Positions 1 to 13,070 are shown, numbered from the whole stretch's first letter. The stretch: 63,871 nucleotides of DNA, filler included, from Octopus bimaculoides (GCF_001194135.2; 7 parts of 5 records of this genome joined end to end with filler, not necessarily neighbours in it); one strand, 5' to 3'. Notes: generated by a model from the sequence alone, not told the origin. Numbers and translations: made by a program.

Positions 1-470
1 GTATATTACTGCATACCTCTCCCGCCTTCTCTCCAGGGAGTAGAGTCTTAGCTGTTTCAGCCTTTCCCAGTAGCTGAGCAGTTGCAAAGAGACAATCTTC
101 TTTGTGAATCTTCTCTGTATTGCTTCAAGGTCCGCTGTTAATTTCACACTGGTGGGTGACCACAACTGTGAGTAGTAATCCAGGCGGCTAAGGACGAATG
201 TCCTCCAGAGGACCATCATGACTTCCTCATCTCTGGTTCTGAATATTCTCAGGATCCATCCAGCCAGTCGTCTGCACTTTGTCGCCATCCTGGTAATGTG
301 CACTTGGAAAGAGGTATCATCATTCATGTCGATACCCAGGTCTCTCACTGATTTAGGCTCTGGGATTGAAATTCCCTGTGGACCAGTGTACTCTGTAAGT
401 TTCATATTCAGTTTTGGACGTTGGTAGCGCAGGGCTTGGAATTTTACATCACCAGTCACAAGTCTATCCA
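1..470 (-). mobile_element. CR1/L2-like LINE fragment (RT C-terminal region)
   Basis: HITRMATKCRRLAGWILRIFRTRD...SRLDYYSQLWSP...IQRRFTKKI...YWERLKQLRLYSLERRRERY. Same family as 46500-47650. Confidence 0.85.
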
Positions 471-499
471 AAAAGGGTGCAATGAGTTTACGAGAAAGA

Positions 500-1092
500 G
501 AGAAGAGCAGATGTCAATTCAGGATTTGCAGTTGTTTTCGGACAATTCATGAGGCACCCATTTTCCAAGTTTAGGAACCTTTCCAAGTTATTGAAGATGA
601 CGATGAACAGTTGTATGGCTTGAACTAAGCTTTATTGCCAATTCTTCAACTGATAATGCAGAATTTTCTTCAAGTAATGCCTCAAGGAGCTTATCATCAA
701 ACTCAACTGGACGTACTGTTCGATCTTCATCTTCAAGGCTGAAATCTCCACTTCTGAATTTTGCAAATCCTCTTCTGCAAGTTCTTTCATTCAAGCATTC
801 TTTCCCATAAACTGAGTATATGTTTTGAGTTGCTTTGGCTGCAGAGTTTCCTTTTTTGTACTCATAAAGCATTATGTGCCTTAAATGCTCTTTGGATACT
901 TCCATGTTAGAAAGGGTTTTAATCAAAGAAATTTTAATTCTATCATTCTGTAAAATAACATTTAATTAGTTTAAAGGCAGACAAATGCATAAAAATAATT
1001 TTTAATTCCATTGGGACATTCTAAAATACTATTAAAGTTCATTCACTTTTAAAAAAGGTAAAATCGGACAGAACTTATGGGATTACCTGATT
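500..1092 (-). mobile_element. Mariner (Mos1-like) transposon, 5' half with TIR
   Basis: ORF 588-926 HTH region (HLRHIMLYEYKKG...RTCRRGFAKFRSGDFSLED) followed by WVPHEL. TIR-like TA-TCAGGTAATCCCATAAGTTCTGTCCG at about 1065-1092. Confidence 0.88.
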
Positions 1093-1096
1093 ATAT

Positions 1097-2935
1097 ATCA
1101 TCATCATCATCATTGTTTAACATCTGCTTACCATGCTAGCACAGGTTGGATGATTTGACTGAGGACTGGTGAACCAGATGGCTACACCAGGCTCCAATCT
1201 GATCTGGCAGAGTTTCTACAGCTGGATGCCCTTCCTAACGCCAACCAATCCGAGAGTGTAGTGGGTGCTTTTACGTGCCACCGGCATGAGGGCCAGTCAT
1301 GTGGTACTGCCAACGGCCACGCTCAAAATGGTGTTCTTTACATGCCACCTGCACAGGAGCCAGTCCAGCAGCACTGGCAACGACCTCCCTCGAATGATTC
1401 TCTAACGTGCCTGTAAGGGCAACGCTGGTAACGATCATGCTCAAATGGTGTTATTTACGTGCCACTAGCACGGAAGCCAGACAGCTGCTCTGGTAATGAT
1501 CATGCTCGGACAGTGTTGCTAGTGCTCCACTGGCACAGGTGCAGGTCATCGAATATGGCTCAATTACGATTTCACTTGCCTTAACAGGTCTTCACAAGCA
1601 GAGTTTAGTGTCCAATGAAGTAAAGATATGAATAACAGCCCTGGCAACACTTCTGGCAGAGGCCACAGATTATGCACTCCCTTGGCTTGCCGAGTCTTCT
1701 CACGTACTGCATATTTCCAAAGGTCCTGGTCAATAGTCATTGGCTCGGTGAGGCCTAAAGTTCGAAGGTCATGCTTCAACACCACATCACCTGGGTCTAA
1801 CTCTTCCACAGGTTCCCTCAACTGTTAGGGTGTGGCACTTTTTCACACAGCTATCCTCATCTATTCTTGCCACATGATCATAGCAGCGCAATCGTTTCTC
1901 TTGCACACCACAATTGATGCTTCATAGGTCTAACTTTTCTCTCAAGGTACTTACACTCTGTCAAGTATACACACTGACATTACACGTCCATTGGAGCATA
2001 CTGGCTTTGTTTCTTGCGAGCTTACGCATGTCCTCATCAGTCACGGCCCAAGTTTCACTGCTATGTAGCATGGCGGTTCGTACACAAGCATCATACAGTC
2101 TGCTTTTTACTCTGAGCGAGAGGCCCTTTGTCACCAGCAGAGGTAAGAGGTCTCTGAACTTTGCCCAGGCTATTCTTATTCTAGCAGCTACACTCCCCCG
2201 CTACTAACTTGGTCACCTAGATAGCAGAAGCTATCAACTACTTCCAGTTTTTCTCCCTGGAATGTGGCACAGGTTGTTTTCTGCGCATTTTCAGTGTTTA
2301 TTGCTCCTGAGCATCTGTCACATACAAAAACTATCTTGCTAGTTAGCCTTCCTTTCATATTGCTGCACCTCTTATGTGTCTATAACTTATGGAGTTTCTA
2401 CCTACGCCTTTTCTACAGATCGATCAGGGCCTTCTACCTGAAGGGGTTTGTGTTTTGTCTACCTTTCTATTTATTAGGACTTTGGTTTTAGCTAGGTTGA
2501 TTAAAAGGCCCTTCTATTCTAGTCCTTGCTTCCACACTTGAAACTTCTCCTGATAATGACTCAGCAATTAGGGCAAGGTCATCAGCATTGAGGAGCTCCC
2601 AGGGGCATCCAGTCTTGAATTCTTGTGTTATTGCCTGGAGGGCAATTCTTCACTGTACTCGTTGCCAATCCTCACCTTACAGACAGAGTCCCTGTATATG
2701 GCTTGCACAGCTTTCACTAACCATTCATCTATCCCTAGTTTCCTCATTGACCACCAGATAAGGGAGCAGAGAACCCTGTCAAAGGCTTTCTTTATGTCAA
2801 CAAAAGCCAGGTACAGAGGTTTATCTTTGGCTAGGTATTTCTCTTGCAGCTGTCTTACAAGAAATATAGCATTAGTGGTGCTTTTTCCTGGAACAAACCC
2901 AAACTGCATCTCATCTAAGCTGACTCTCTCCTGGT
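1097..2935 (-). mobile_element. RTE-clade LINE, 3' portion including a long modular 3' UTR and (GAT)n tail
   Basis: QFGFVPGKSTTNAIFLVRQLQEKYL, CPWELL.ADDLALIAE and RIAWAKFRELLPLL, then the tail ending gatgatgat at about 1097. Confidence 0.9.
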
Positions 2936-2939
2936 ACAG

Positions 2940-3805
2940 GTGCCATCACGATTTTGCTTTCATTTGCCCCAACAGGTCTTCGCAAGCTGAGATCAGTGTC
3001 CAAGGAAGGAGACGTTGGCATGGGGGCCAGTCGTCGGATTTAGTTTGATTTCGATTTCACTTGCCTCAACAGGTCTTCGCAAGCGGTGTTTAGTGTCCAA
3101 TGAAGGAAAGGTACGTATAAGTGGGCTGGCTACTCCCCTGGCAGTGGCCTTGGATTATGGTCTCACTTGGTTTGCTGACTCCTCTCACGCACAGTATATT
3201 TCCAAAGGTCTCGGTCAGAAGTCATTGCCTCAGTGAGGCCTAAAGTACGAAGGTCATACTTCACAACCTCATCCCAGGTCTTCCTGGGTCTACCTCTACC
3301 ACAAGTTCCCTCAACCACTAGGGTGTGGCACTTTTTCACACAGCTATCCTCATCCATTCTCGCCACATGACCATACCAGCACAATCGTCTCTCTTGCACA
3401 CTACAACTGATGCTTCATAGGTTCAACTTTTCTCTCAAGGTACTTACACTCTCTCGAGTAAGCACACTGACATTACACATCCATCGGAGCATACTTGCTT
3501 CGTTTCTTGCGATCTACGCATGTCCTCAGCAGTCATGGCCCATGTTTCACTGCCATGTAGCATGGAGGTTCGTACACATGTGTCATACAGTCTGCCTTTT
3601 ACTCTGAGTGGGAGGCCCTTTGTCACCAGCAGAGGTAAGAGCTCTCTGAACTTTGCCCAAGCTATTCTTATTCTAGCAGCTACATTTTCAGTGCACCCTC
3701 CCCCGCTAAAAACTTGGTCACCTAGGTAGCGGAAGCTATCAACTACTTCTAGTTTTTCTCCCTGGAATGTGGCAAAAGTTGTTTTTTGAACATTTTCAGT
3801 GTAAC
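2940..3805 (-). mobile_element. RTE-clade LINE 3' fragment
   Basis: ORFs 3163-3399 (RRLCWYGHVARM...RGRPRKTW) and 3444-3812. Confidence 0.88.
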
Positions 3806-4110
3806 TGTACATTATTTACATTCGACGGATATTTGTCCTCATCTTGTTTGTTGTTAACACGTTTCGGCTGATATACCCTGCAGCCTTCTTCAGGTGTCTT
3901 GGGGAAATTTCAAACCTAGGTTCTCATTCCTAAGGTATTTTTCGATGTTATCATTATTATTAGTATTGTTACTGCTCAGGTCACTGCTTGGAATTGAACT
4001 CAGAATCTTGGGGTTAGTAGCCTGCGCTCTTAACCACTACGCCATATTCCCATGGGCATATGTAAATAATGTACATAATTCCTCATCTCTTAAATATAGA
4101 ACTGTATTAG
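3806..4110 (-). mobile_element. Non-autonomous element: tRNA-derived head + (TAA)n + Penelope-type hammerhead module
   Basis: A box TGGCGTAGTGG (4034-4044), B box AGTTCAATTCC (3990-4000) and hammerhead remnant 3856-3898 lacking GTT at the cleavage site. 16-bp inverted repeats at 3806-3821 and 4060-4075. Adjoins an RTE fragment. Confidence 0.75.
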
Positions 4111-4259
4111 ATATAACTGTGTTTTTAATAAAAAGAATAACTCTAGCATAAAGCTGTTTTTTTATATACATACACACACACTGCCTTCCATGTAATATTT
4201 CACTGAGTTTCTAGAAGCAAGAGTGATGAGGAAATGTATTACTCAGAGCAAATATAGTG

Positions 4260-6840
4260 TCATCATCATCAACATCGTTAGTTAACGTCCGCTTCCATGC
4301 TAGCATGGGTTGGACGATTTAACTGAGGACTGGCAAGCCAGCAGGCTGCACCAGGCTCCAATCTGATCTGGCAGAGCTTCTACAGCTGGATGCCCTTCCT
4401 AACGCCAACCAATCCGAGAGTATAGTGGGTGCTTTTACGTGCCACCGGCATGAGGGCAAGTCACATGGTACTGGCAACGGCCACGCTCAAAAAGGTGATT
4501 TTTATGTACCACCAGCAAGGAGCCAGTCCAGCGGCACTGGCAATAACCCCACTCGAATGATTTTCTAACATGCCACCTGCACAAGTGCTAGAAGGCGACG
4601 CTGGTAACGATTACACTCAAATGGTGCTATTTACGAGCCACTAGCACAGAAGTCAGACAGCTGCTCTGGCAATGAACATGCTCGGACAGTGCTGTTAGTG
4701 TTCCACTGGCACAGGTGCCAGTCATCGAATATGGTTCAATTACGATTTCACTTGCCCCAACAGGTCTTCGCAAGCAGAGTTTAGTGTCCAATGAAGGAGA
4801 GGTTGGCATTGTTGCCAGTTGTTGGATTCGGTTCGATTTCGATTTCAGATTTCAAATTCCAAATTCACTTGCTTCAACAAGTCTTCACAAGCAGGGTTTT
4901 TAGTGACCAATGAAGTAAAGATAAGAATTAGTGAGCTGGCTACACTTCTGGCAGAGATCACAGATTATGCTCTCACTTGGCTTGCCGGGTCTTCTCACGT
5001 ACTGCATATTTCCAAAGGTCCCGGTCACTGGTCATTGCCTCAGTGAGGCCTAAAGTACGAAGGTCGTGCTTCACCACCTCATCCCAGGTCTTCCTGAGTC
5101 CACCTCTTCCACAGGTTCCCTCAATTGCTAGGGTGTGGCACTTTTACACACAGCTATCTTCATCCATTCTTGCCACATGTCCATACCAGCGCAATCATCT
5201 CTCTTGCACACCACAACTGAGGCTTCTTAGGTCTCACTTTTCTCTCAAGGTACTTACACTCTGTCGAGTATGCACACTGACATTACACATCCATCGGTGC
5301 ATACTGGCTTTGTTTCTTGCAAGCTTACGCATGTCCTCAGCAGTCACGACCCATGTTTCACTGCCATGCGTACACATGCATCATACAGTCTGCCTTTTAC
5401 TCTGAGTGAGAGGCCCTTTGTCACCACCAGAGGTAAGAGCTCTCTAAACTTTGCCCAGGCTATTCTTATTCNNNNNNNNNNNNNNNNNNNNNNNNNNNNN
5501 NNNNNNNNNNNNNNNNNNNNNNNNNNNNNNNNNNNNNNNNNNNNNNNNNNNNNNNNNNNNNNNNNNNNNNNNNNNNNNNNNNNNNNNNNNNNNNNNNNNN
5601 NNNNNNNNNNNNNNNNNNNNNNNNNNNNNNNNNNNNNNNNNNNNNNNNNNNNNNNNNNNNNNNNNNNNNNNNNNNNNNNNNNNNNNNNNNNNNNNNNNNN
5701 NNNNNNNNNNNNNNNNNNNNNNNNNNNNNNNNNNNNNNNNNNNNNNNNNNNNNNNNNNNNNNNNNNNNNNNNNNNNNNNNNNNNNNNNNNNNNNNNNNNN
5801 NNNNNNNNNNNNNNNNNNNNNNNNNNNNNNNNNNNNNNNNNNNNNNNNNNNNNNNNNNNNNNNNNNNNNNNNNNNNNNNNNNNNNNNNNNNNNNNNNNNN
5901 NNNNNNNNNNNNNNNNNNNNNNNNNNNNNNNNNNNNNNNNNNNNNNNNNNNNNNNNNNNNNNNNNNNNNNNNNNNNNNNNNNNNNNNNNNNNNNNNNNNN
6001 NNNNNNNNNNNNNNNNNNNNNNNNNNNNNNNNNNNNNNNNNNNNNNNNNNNNNNNNNNNNNNNNNNNNNNNNNNNNNNNNNNNNNNNNNNNNNNNNNNNN
6101 NNNNNNNNNNNNNNNNNNNNNNNNNNNNNNNNNNNNNNNNNNNNNNNNNNNNNNNNNNNNNNNNNNNNNNNNNNNNNNNNNNNNNCAGCTCTCACTAACC
6201 ATTCATCTATCCCTAGTTTCCTCATTGACCACCAGATAAGGGAGCGGGTGACCCTGTCAAAGGCTTTCTCTATGTCAACGAAAGCCAGGTACAGAGGTTT
6301 ATCTTTGGCTAGGTATTTCTCCTGCAGCTGTCTTACCAAAAATATAGCATCAGTGGTGCTTTTTCCTGGAACGAACCCAAACTGCATCTCATCTAAACTG
6401 ACTCTCTCCCTAATTTGTTGGGCTATGACCCTCTCCGTGACCTTCATTACCTGGTCCAACAACTTGATACCTCTGTAATTATTTGTATCTTAAGTGTCAC
6501 CTTTACCTTTGTAGCATTTGACTATGGTGCTACTACACCAGTCATTGGGTATGACTCCTTTGTGTATCACCTGGTTAACTATACGGGTGACTAGGCTATA
6601 GCCGATACTGCCAGATATTTTGAGCATCTCTGCAGTGATTCCTGATGGGCCGGGGGCTTTCCCTGTCTTCATACTCTTGATCGCTTTATCTACTAAGGTA
6701 CTGTCAATTAGGATAGCTGGTCCCTCTGTTGGGTCGACATGCGGCAGACTCTCTTCCTCCCATTCATTCTCTTTATTAAGCAGCCTTTCATAGTGGCGTC
6801 TCCAGGCCTCTCTCTTTGCAGTCTCGTTTAGTGCAAGTGA
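4260..6840 (-). mobile_element. RTE-clade LINE (RT region through 3' UTR) spanning gap 5472-6185
   Basis: NYRGIKLLDQVMKVTERV...LAFVDIEKAFDRV and upstream KTGKAPGPSGITAEMLK. Same 3' UTR as the 1097 copy. Confidence 0.9.
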
Positions 6841-7499
6841 GCCATCATCCAAGTGGACACATTTCTCACCTACGACATCACTATTCTCTCTCACATACTG
6901 CATATACCCATACATATATGTACATACCTACATCTNNNNNNNNNNTCTCACATACTGCATATACCCATACATATATGTACATACCTACATCTATATGTAT
7001 ACATACATGCATATATGGGTACAGGACATCACAAAAACGTTAAACACAATGAGAAACAAAAACAAAGACGAAGACAGAAAATGAACATAATACAAGTAGC
7101 TATTTTTAAGCATTCTTTCTATACACTTCATTATTAACCATGTCAGTCTGAATGAAATGCAATAGATAAATATCCAATTTTACGCAACAAATTAAAAAAA
7201 TAAAAGAACAAACCACCAAGACAATTTAAAAATGAAAAGGTAGCTAGCTTGTTCAGTGGAAAATGCTAATATTTCCAATATATTGTTGTCTCTGAAAGCA
7301 TGTTTTCAATCATTCAGAGCCTAATGGTCAAAACTTATAGATTATTGATTATAAGATGTATTATCATAAAGAGAAAACTAAAAACAAATGCTTAATCCAA
7401 ACTTGAGACATAAGAAGAAGGCTCCGGTTAAATTCAGAAGTGGTGAATCAAGATTTAGATTTTGTATTAAAAAATAACTGTTTTGTTTTAGTTTTCTAG

Positions 7500-10400
7500 A
7501 TGTTTGCTTTGTTGTCTATTCTATTATTAATTTGTAAATATATCCCGTTAACAACTGCACACTGACTACCTACCCAGTCTGTGATACATCATTGTTATGC
7601 TAATGTCTTTATGGTGTTGCATGCCACTACCTGATCAGGACTATTTAAGGTGACTACTAGTACAATGTTAGGAACAGTTTTTATGGTATCTCACTTGGAG
7701 AACATTAGTGAATTGCAGTATACAGTTATAACAGACGTCTGAAGTTTTGAAGTTACTTTTAGTTGTGAATTTATAATTATGGTAAATATAGTAGTTGGCA
7801 ACAAGAACTTATCACTATAATAATCACCCAGCAACACTAAGATGGCATCTATTGAACACTAAGCTGGAATTTAACCAAAAGCTGCTTACAGATGACACTA
7901 AGCCTGAACTGGTGAAGTAAGAAACATTTACTAAGGTTCAACGTGGAAGCTTCTTTATATAAATTTTCAGCAATCAAAGATGACCCTGAAACAGAGCATA
8001 CTAAAAGTGGGTTTTTATCAATCGATTCATTTGTGTTCAGAATAAAACAAAAATTCTCAAATCCATCTTGGACCTAATTATAACCGTGTTATAATGGTAC
8101 TATCAGAGCAAGCATTTGTTCTGTAATACAGCCAACTTCTTATATAGCAGAATTTAATGCTACCTTACTAGCAAGGACTCTCATAAACGGAAATTTAGCA
8201 AACAAGTAACAGAGCAAAGCCAAGATTTAAAAAAATGCAGCGGATTGTGGATCATCAGATCCTTGTAGGTCCTGTTCTGCATATGGGAAGAAATACTGCC
8301 ATTGCGGTAAATTTGGACATTTCTGCAAATCAAAACTACTGTTAGTATTCTCTTAACAAGTCCATCCATAATGTTAATGTTAACATAAGAGCTTTGAAGA
8401 TTGACGAAGAGGCTGCATGTTGTGTAAGAAATTATAACATCTGGTTAAACTGTAAATCGGAAATCCAGTTCAAACATAATCAGATACTGACACACTATGC
8501 ACTACCCATAATATAACTTTGTTGCTAATAAAGTTATTAATCACCAAAGCTAGTGACATGCAGAAGGAGTTGGCACTGCAATAGTTTTGTCCAATTTTGG
8601 AGACAAATATGACAGCTTTGTTGTAATTAATAGTCCTTTTAATTTTGGAATGATTGGTGAACAAACACCCGACGCCATGATACTGTTCCCATTATTTACT
8701 ACAGATACACATCGCAAAAATTTAGCACAAAATAAAGTTAAATACATTTATTTGGTCAGTGCTCCCAGTTCCAGTACATACACACAAATATAACTGTGAC
8801 TATAAAAATGGGGCAACATTACCAATTATTTGGATGCAGGTAAAAAGAAGTTAAATGTAGAATCTTCGCCGATTACAATGTACTTTTCAATGACAAGAAT
8901 CAACTCCTCATCTTGCAACAATATTCACTAAGTACAAAGAGGAAAGTCCTTTTTCTTCTTCATTTGACATACTCACAGATTGGTTTAGATAGGGACTCTG
9001 TAATACATATAATCTAAGATCTTTATTTAATCAAGAGGAGCTCGCTTTGCACCCAAGTGGTTTCATGTTCAGCTCCACTGCACGGCACGTTGGGGAAAGT
9101 GTCTTCTATTATAGCCCTGGGCTGACCAACGCCTTATGCGTGAATTTGGTGGAAGGAAACTATGAAGAAGCCCGTCGTATATGTGTGTGTGTTTTGCCCG
9201 CTGCCATTGCTTGACAACTGGAGTTGGTTTGTTTACATCTCAGTCACTTAGCGGCTCAGTAAAAAAAACTGATAAAATAAGTACCAGACTTATTGGCATA
9301 ATTATCCACCAAGCTGAGAAGTTTAACAACAATCCAAGAATAAAATCCAAAAAGTCGAGAAAATGCCTTCATTGATAAACTGAAAGGATTAACACAAACA
9401 AATGCAATAATTGTGCATATTTCATAAAAGTCAAAAGAACTGAATATTTCAAAAGATGGGATCAACACATCTTAAAATCTTTTAAAGAAGAAACTGAAAA
9501 ATATCTCAGGTTGAAAAACTATTATTGCTGGCTTATATGAAAATTTGCAAAAAACCTCTTATTGCAACAAAAAAGAAAAGGAAACATGCCAAGAACAGGC
9601 CTTCAGGACCACTAAAAAATTTACTGAATACTCTGTTCTGACAATATTTTCTAACATGTGCAAAACATTTCTTACTTTCAATGCTTCTCAATATGGTAGC
9701 ATGAATATCATCTTGCAATGGAAAGCCCGTGGTTTATGTTTGTGGCAATATTGAATATGAAGTATATGTGATGATATTGTATATTGAAAGATTGATACAT
9801 ATTCTTATTTCTTTATTGCCCACAAGGGGCTAAACAAGGACAGACAAAGGGATTAAGTTGATTATATCAACCCCAGTGCGTAACTGGTACTTAATTTATC
9901 AACCCCGAAAGGATGAAAGGCAAAGTCGACCTCGGCAGAATTTGAACTCAGAATGTAACGGCAGACGAAATACCGCGAAGCATTTCGCCCGGCATGCTAA
10001 CGTTTCTGCCAGCTCGCCGCCTATAAATTGATACATATTCTATTAAGGAAATCTTTCACACTGGAAACTGATCATCAGCCACTGAAAGTTATTCTTTATA
10101 TTAGTTGAAAGGATTTTCATATCGCCAAGCGAGCCTCGAAGTAGATTGCCAAATGGACCTTCATATTATCACACTATAATTTCTAAATGAGTCATGCCTA
10201 GTAAGGCAAAATGGCCACTTTGACACTCTCAGAATACCGATATTTGGTTCAGCTCCATCTACTGCTGTATTCTTTAAATAGACTGGTGCTCACGCGGTTG
10301 ATGATGTTCAAATTTTTTTTAACACATGCACCTTTGATGTTTGTTTAAAGAATTGCATATCTGGGAAAGACTGGCGACTAACTCTTTTAACCAGACAGCC

Positions 10401-11970
10401 AGCTGATCTGATTTTATCTTAAACAAAAAATAGGCAACTTATCTCTAAGAATTTGTCATATCTAGGGACATATATGCTAAAATCAGACTCAAATGTCCTA
10501 TTGTTCTGACTCACACTTGGAATAATTACTTAAAGACTGGAGATATGTACAAAAAGCTAGGAACGAGTCAGTTATTATTGACTTAGTCACTTAGATGGAG
10601 TATCCTTTTTATGTTCAGGTAGCAGCTGAAGAAATGTAAAGGACACAGAACCGGAATTTCCATTATCATCATAATAATTTTAATGGCAACTTTTCCATGC
10701 TCACGTGGGTCGGATGGAATCTGTCGAGGCGGGTTTTCTACGTCTGGATTCTCTTCCTGTCGCCAACACTCACCTGCTTCTAAGCAAGGTAATATTGCCC
10801 CATGACCAGACATGTTTTCACAGACAATTGGAAGCAGTGGACACTGCTTGTGTTACAGTGACACTCATTTACAACAATCATGCGATCTCATGACAAGGAG
10901 ACACTAACACACTCGTGGGCATGTGTGTATACACACATACATATATACATATACACAATGGGCTTCTTTCAGTTTCCATCAACCAAATCCACTCAATTGT
11001 CAATCCAGTCGGGAAGTAAACTTCTTAACAACAAAATCACCTCTGCTCCAAGCATAGCCACTCCTTCTACAATGTCATTAATATCTTTCAATTAAAGGTT
11101 TGGTTAAACCGATTTATTGCAGGTGTCCTACCTATAGCCCAAAATCTAATGGTGCACCAGAAAGAACTGTGCAAATAATCAATGGAGAATTTTGGTATTT
11201 GCTAAATAATCTTTACAACCATCTGGTGGATGCAAGTCAATGCTATATGAGAAATTATTTGGCAGGCAAGAGTAACAGTAAATACTTTTTTATGGGATTG
11301 GACAAATGGTTCATTACACGAACAATGTAAAAAATTCCACAGATGCAAATGACCTCATTGATTGATGCTGTCAGAAACACAGCCTGGATAAATATTCCTT
11401 AAAGCCCATCTCTTAATCATGATAATATTATAAATGGGCTGTCATCACAAAGTTCCATCTGTAGAGCCACCACTTGATCATGTGCTGGTCTGTAGTAATG
11501 TTTGTAACTGATCAGCATCAATTTCTCCAACTTCAACTCCTGCTTATATTCAATCCCTAACTCCTCCCATACTACCAACATTAACCATGCTAACCCTCAC
11601 AATAACTTAATGTGCGGTACAATATCAACCAGGGAGGTACGGCAGAATCGCAAAGGGAAACCATGAAGAGTTAATAACATGATTTCGCTTTCGTAGTTTT
11701 AGTAGTATTATATAGTTGCAGTATTCTTGATACTTGCTTGATTTATATCCTATTATGTAAACATAACCGGTTACCATCAGCACACAGTATATCCATTCTG
11801 ACTGTGATAGTGTTATGTTAATGTGGCATTGCGTGCGTTTTGCCTCTTCGCACATAGTCACAGTGACTACAATTCAATGTGCTGTTTGGATGACATTAGT
11901 GAACCACAATATATAATCATAATAGACATTTGAGAAAGCTAGACTGATTTAAGTATATTTATCGTAAACA
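7500..11970 (+). mobile_element. Ancient Ty3/Gypsy LTR retrotransposon with diverged LTRs and nested SINEs
   Basis: Gag Cys/His knuckle region (CGSSDPCRSCSAYGKKYCHCGKFGHFCK, about 8240-8340), RT-like remnants at 8750-9000, RNase H-like QEQAF and FTLETDHQPL, and integrase PTYSPKSNGAPERTVQ. Similar blocks at about 7500-7790 and 11720-11970 (tgtaaa...ctgtgata...tgttatg.taatgt...acattagtgaa) are read as LTRs. Confidence 0.72.
9815..10024 (-). mobile_element. tRNA-derived SINE, family C (Deu/Nin-like core); other copies at about 34998-35210(+), 45176-45330(-), 48955-49080(-), 51940-52125(-), 53215-53370(-), 54183-54302(+)
   Basis: GGCGAGCTGGCAGAAACGTTAGC head and GCCTTTCATCCTTTCGGGGT.GATAAATTAAGTACCAG core. 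The superfamily assignment is from recall. Confidence 0.8.
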
Positions 11971-13070
11971 TGACACTATGCACTCTTGTTGATAATATAA
12001 TACTATATCATTGTAGCAGATGTTATGCACCACTGGTCACAATGCACATCCTCACAGCTCTCGAATGCTTTCTAGGAGTGCATGCCAACTTTTCCCCTGA
12101 ACAGAACGCCTGTCTGTTGCAGGGTTACCCCTTTACAACTGAGTGGACTGAGGTAATGTGAAATGAAATGTTGCTCAATAACACAACGCACCGCAGGTCT
12201 GGGAATTGAAACCACTATCTTGCGATCATGAGTGCAAAACTCTAACCACAAATATGACAGACAGACAAACCCACACATCCATTAATAGTTTAATTTACAC
12301 TTATTTCTTCAATAGTTATAATTTCATTTTTCACTACAAATTTAAGTACATTTTAAGGTATATTCAATAAACTATTTCTTAAATGTGGCTGAATTAGATT
12401 ATATCAAATTCATTATAGATATCGGGCTATCAACAAAATATTACTGGTTTCCAAATTCTTGCTTCTATTTCATCAGCAAGAAAAGAAGAAGTGAAGACTA
12501 GGGGTTAAACAGCAGATAAAAATGGGGATTCAAGAAATTCTGATTATTCAAGATTCATTTTTATTTAGTTGATTATTAACCAGAATGCAAGGGATACTTA
12601 ATTAGTAAGTCTATTTGCTCTTTAAACTTTCAGTTCTGATCAAAAAGCTGTTGAAAGACCTCAGTATACAAACGCACGTGCGCACGCACAGACACACCTA
12701 TAATAATAATAAATACCTAAAACGACTGTGTGTCAGTGTGTCACACTTTGACCCCTTCTCTCACTAGTCAATGACACTTCTAATATTCCTCCTGCTGGGG
12801 GTGAGGGTAGAAGTAGATTGACGGTTGTGATGGTAATGGGGTGATAGTAATAGTATGAGCTGCAGTTGTGATAGAGGCGGAGGTAACGGTGATGAGAGTG
12901 GTGGTGGTGTTGGTAGCCGAGGTGGTCAGGGATGCCGGTGATAGTGAGAGATGTGAAAGACAGTGGTGGTGGAGGGGAAGTTGGCGAAGTCAAAGGTATT
13001 GCTGGTGGTGGCATCAGATGTCTGAATGGTGTGTGTATGACAGTCGTGGTGGCGATGGTTGAAAACAATC

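Noticed and set aside
6890-6995. Direct repeat of about 47 bp flanking a 10-N gap
   Set aside because: Typical unmerged contig overlap.
8240-8340. Cys/His knuckle considered as the CLIP-170 C-terminal zinc knuckle
   Set aside because: Wrong strand, and it sits in gag position ahead of Gypsy pol remnants.
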